From assembly GCA_052325505.1 (NCBI GenBank), contig JBKQUS010000141.1, positions 6,509 through 70,508 on the forward strand: DNA of 64,000 nucleotides, given 5' to 3'. The DNA is from Limisphaerales bacterium. Its GTDB lineage: Bacteria > Verrucomicrobiota > Verrucomicrobiia > Limisphaerales > Palsa-1400. This document shows, piece after piece, positions 61,981 to 64,000 of this stretch (positions within the stretch are counted from its first letter, which is position 1; each line of letters opens with the position of its first letter). A program made the translations under genes and the position numbers. The notes below the pieces were generated by a model, which saw only the letters and a list, made by a program, of their open reading frames with translations, was not told where the DNA came from and ran no database searches.

Positions 61981-64000
61981 TTACTGAAAGCCCAGCAACC
62001 GGCCTCCCTGGTAGGTCACGAAGGCAAAAGCCCACGCAAGCACTCCCATATACACCCACTGGAACACCGGCCATCTCCAGGAATTGGTTTCCCTCCGCAC
62101 CACCGCCACGGTGCTGACGCATTGCATGGCCAGGACGTAAAAGACCATCAGCGTAATGGCGGTCAGCCCGGTATAAACCGGCGTGCCATCCGGGCGCTTT
62201 TGCTGGCGCAGAACCTGGGCCAGGTCTTTGGTGTGCGTGTCTTCATCCGCTCCGCCGGCCACGTTATAGACGATGGACATGGTGCTGACAAAAACTTCGC
62301 GGGCGGCAAACGACGAGACAATCCCGATGCCAATTTTCCAATCGAATCCCAAGGGGGCGATGATCGGTTGCAGCAGCCGTCCAGCCTGGCCGGCAAAGCT
62401 GCCTCGCAAACGTTCTCCGGCCCATGCGGTGTCGACTTGTTCCAGCGCCTGGCGTTGCTGGTCCGGGCTGGCGTGGGTTTGGTTGAAACTCTTTTGCAGG
62501 GCGGCGCGTTCGGCGGCAAAAGGTTGTTCGACGGCGGCGTGGCGCGGATAACTGGCCATGAACCAGAGGAGAATGTTGATTCCCAAAATGACGGTGCCGG
62601 CCCGGCGCAGAAAGAGGCGGGACCGGTCCCACATGTGGCGCAGAACTATTTTCAGAAGCGGACGCCTGTAGGGCGGCAATTCCATGACCAGCATGGGCGT
62701 CTCGCCGCGCAGCAGCGTTTTCTTGAAAAGCCACGCCATGCCCAGCGCCACCACGATGCCCAGCAGGTACATGCACAACATGGTCAGGCTTTGCATGAAC
62801 ACACCGCCTGAGATGCAGGCGGCTATGAGCAGGGTGTAAACCGGCAGCCGGGCCGAGCAACTCATCAACGGCGCGACCAGGATGGTGACCAGCCGGTCTT
62901 TGGGAGTCTCGATCGTGCGCGTCGCCATGATGCCTGGAATCGCGCAGGCAAAGGAACTGAGCATGGGAATGAAACTTTTGCCGTGCAGGCCAACCTTGCT
63001 CATCAAGCGGTCCATTAAAAAGGCCGCCCGCGCCATGTAGCCGGTGTCCTCGAGCAATCCAATAAAAAGAAACAGCAGGCAGATTTGCGGGAGAAAAACG
63101 ACGACCGCGCCCACCCCTTGCACGACACCTTTGACCATCAATTCCTGGAAATCGCCGGGGGGGATGAGGCGTCCCGTGAAATCGCCCGCCACGCGGAAAA
63201 AGCCCTGCAACAAATCCATGGGCACTTGGGCCAGGGTGAAAATGGTGAAAAACATCAAGGCCATGATGCCCACGAAAATCAGCATCCCCCAGAATTTATG
63301 GGTCACGATGCGGTCGAGCCTGTCGCTGAAGGATTCCCGCTGACCGGCGGCTTCGGTGGTGACGGCTTGATGGATGGCATTGATGCGGGTGTAGCGTGAT
63401 TCGATGGCGGCGCTGCGCCAATCCACGCCGGCCTGTTCCAATCGCTGTCGTCCGGCTTGGACCGCCTGTCTGATTTCCGGCGAATAATGGCCGTCACTGC
63501 CTGCGAGGAATTTTTCGTCGCACAAGATGAGCAGGGCCTCGGCATGGGAGAAAGTGGCGTGATGATTGGCAGACTCAGCCAGCAATTGGGTCAGAATCTC
63601 GATTTCCGACTTGAGGACCGGAGGCAATTCACAAAACAACGGCGGAACCGGGCTTCGCGTCTTTTTCCGCGTCTGCTCAACGATTTTCCGTTGCAGTTCC
63701 TTGATGCCCGTTCCGGCGCTGGCCACTATGGGAACCACCGGCACGCCCAAGGCAGCGGAAAGTTTGCCGGCGTCAATCGAAAGACCGATCACCTCCGCCA
63801 CATCGACCATGTTGAGCGCTATGATGGTTGGGTAACCCAGTTCGATGACCTGACTGGCGAAGTAAAGATTGCGCTCCAGGTTGGAAGCATCGACCACGAC
63901 CACGACGAGGGCAGGGGCGGGCACCTCGGCCAAGCGCCGGAACAAGATGTCACGCGCGATCTGCTCGTCGAGCGATTGAGGGCTGAGGCTGTAAGCGCCC
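61981..64000 (-). CDS. feoB: Ferrous iron transporter FeoB (5' end beyond window end)
   Basis: The reading frame stays open to the window edge: translation of 64000-63946 gives GAYSLSPQSLDEQIARDI, which continues into LFRRLAEVPAPALVVVVVDASNLERNLYFASQVIELGYPTIIALNMVD (the G-domain G4 region). A polytopic permease domain follows. The track's M at 63945 is an internal TTG. Confidence 0.88.
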   Translation of the reverse strand, partial: GAYSLSPQSLDEQIARDILFRRLAEVPAPALVVVVVDASNLERNLYFASQVIELGYPTIIALNMVDVAEVIGLSIDAGKLSAALGVPVVPIVASAGTGIKELQRKIVEQTRKKTRSPVPPLFCELPPVLKSEIEILTQLLAESANHHATFSHAEALLILCDEKFLAGSDGHYSPEIRQAVQAGRQRLEQAGVDWRSAAIESRYTRINAIHQAVTTEAAGQRESFSDRLDRIVTHKFWGMLIFVGIMALMFFTIFTLAQVPMDLLQGFFRVAGDFTGRLIPPGDFQELMVKGVVQGVGAVVVFLPQICLLFLFIGLLEDTGYMARAAFLMDRLMSKVGLHGKSFIPMLSSFACAIPGIMATRTIETPKDRLVTILVAPLMSCSARLPVYTLLIAACISGGVFMQSLTMLCMYLLGIVVALGMAWLFKKTLLRGETPMLVMELPPYRRPLLKIVLRHMWDRSRLFLRRAGTVILGINILLWFMASYPRHAAVEQPFAAERAALQKSFNQTHASPDQQRQALEQVDTAWAGERLRGSFAGQAGRLLQPIIAPLGFDWKIGIGIVSSFAAREVFVSTMSIVYNVAGGADEDTHTKDLAQVLRQQKRPDGTPVYTGLTAITLMVFYVLAMQCVSTVAVVRRETNSWRWPVFQWVYMGVLAWAFAFVTYQGGRLLGFQ

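Overview
This is a 64-kb chromosomal window of roughly 58% GC (estimated by eye). It looks like a Verrucomicrobiota/PVC-type genome, because it carries GloVer-type repeats, a prepilin-like protein with a DGHV tail, and many giant secreted mosaic proteins; this taxonomic call is inference only. (1) Positions 1-12.5 kb hold a minus-strand arabinan-utilisation locus: XylR/AraC-type regulator, prepilin-like protein, LamG protein, SGNH+TPR protein, GH43, GH51, GH43 and a GPH symporter. Three of its junctions are ATGA start/stop overlaps. (2) Housekeeping genes are scattered through the window: purM, tyrS, a lactonase, a stand-alone C-terminal half of carB, an hslR-like gene, purL, purQ, purS, gmd, a CHAD protein, leuA and feoB. 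(3) There are four very large secreted mosaic proteins: a 12-blade NHL protein with an embedded S1 protease (1644 aa), a choice-of-anchor-D-like protein (790 aa), an S53 peptidase fused to 14 GloVer repeats (2196 aa), and a BspA-type LRR protein (1269 aa). A FecR-TPR-beta-barrel outer-membrane protein sits next to two of them. (4) The intergenic regions are repeat-rich, and there is a decayed type ISP/IIG-like DNA methyltransferase. The findings I rate highest are: a Leu-rich leader peptide with terminator (classical attenuator architecture) upstream of leuA; the three-gene block of giant protein, giant protein and FecR-TPR-porin at 17.6-28.7 kb, bracketed by a ~220-bp direct repeat that contains a truncated gene 5' end; two recurring C-terminal modules shared among otherwise unrelated secreted proteins, which may be sorting or anchoring domains; purS-purQ separated from purL by a ~10.9-kb block; and a split carB. 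I saw no rRNA, tRNA, CRISPR array, transposase or integrase. All homology calls rest on motif recognition by eye, not on database searches.
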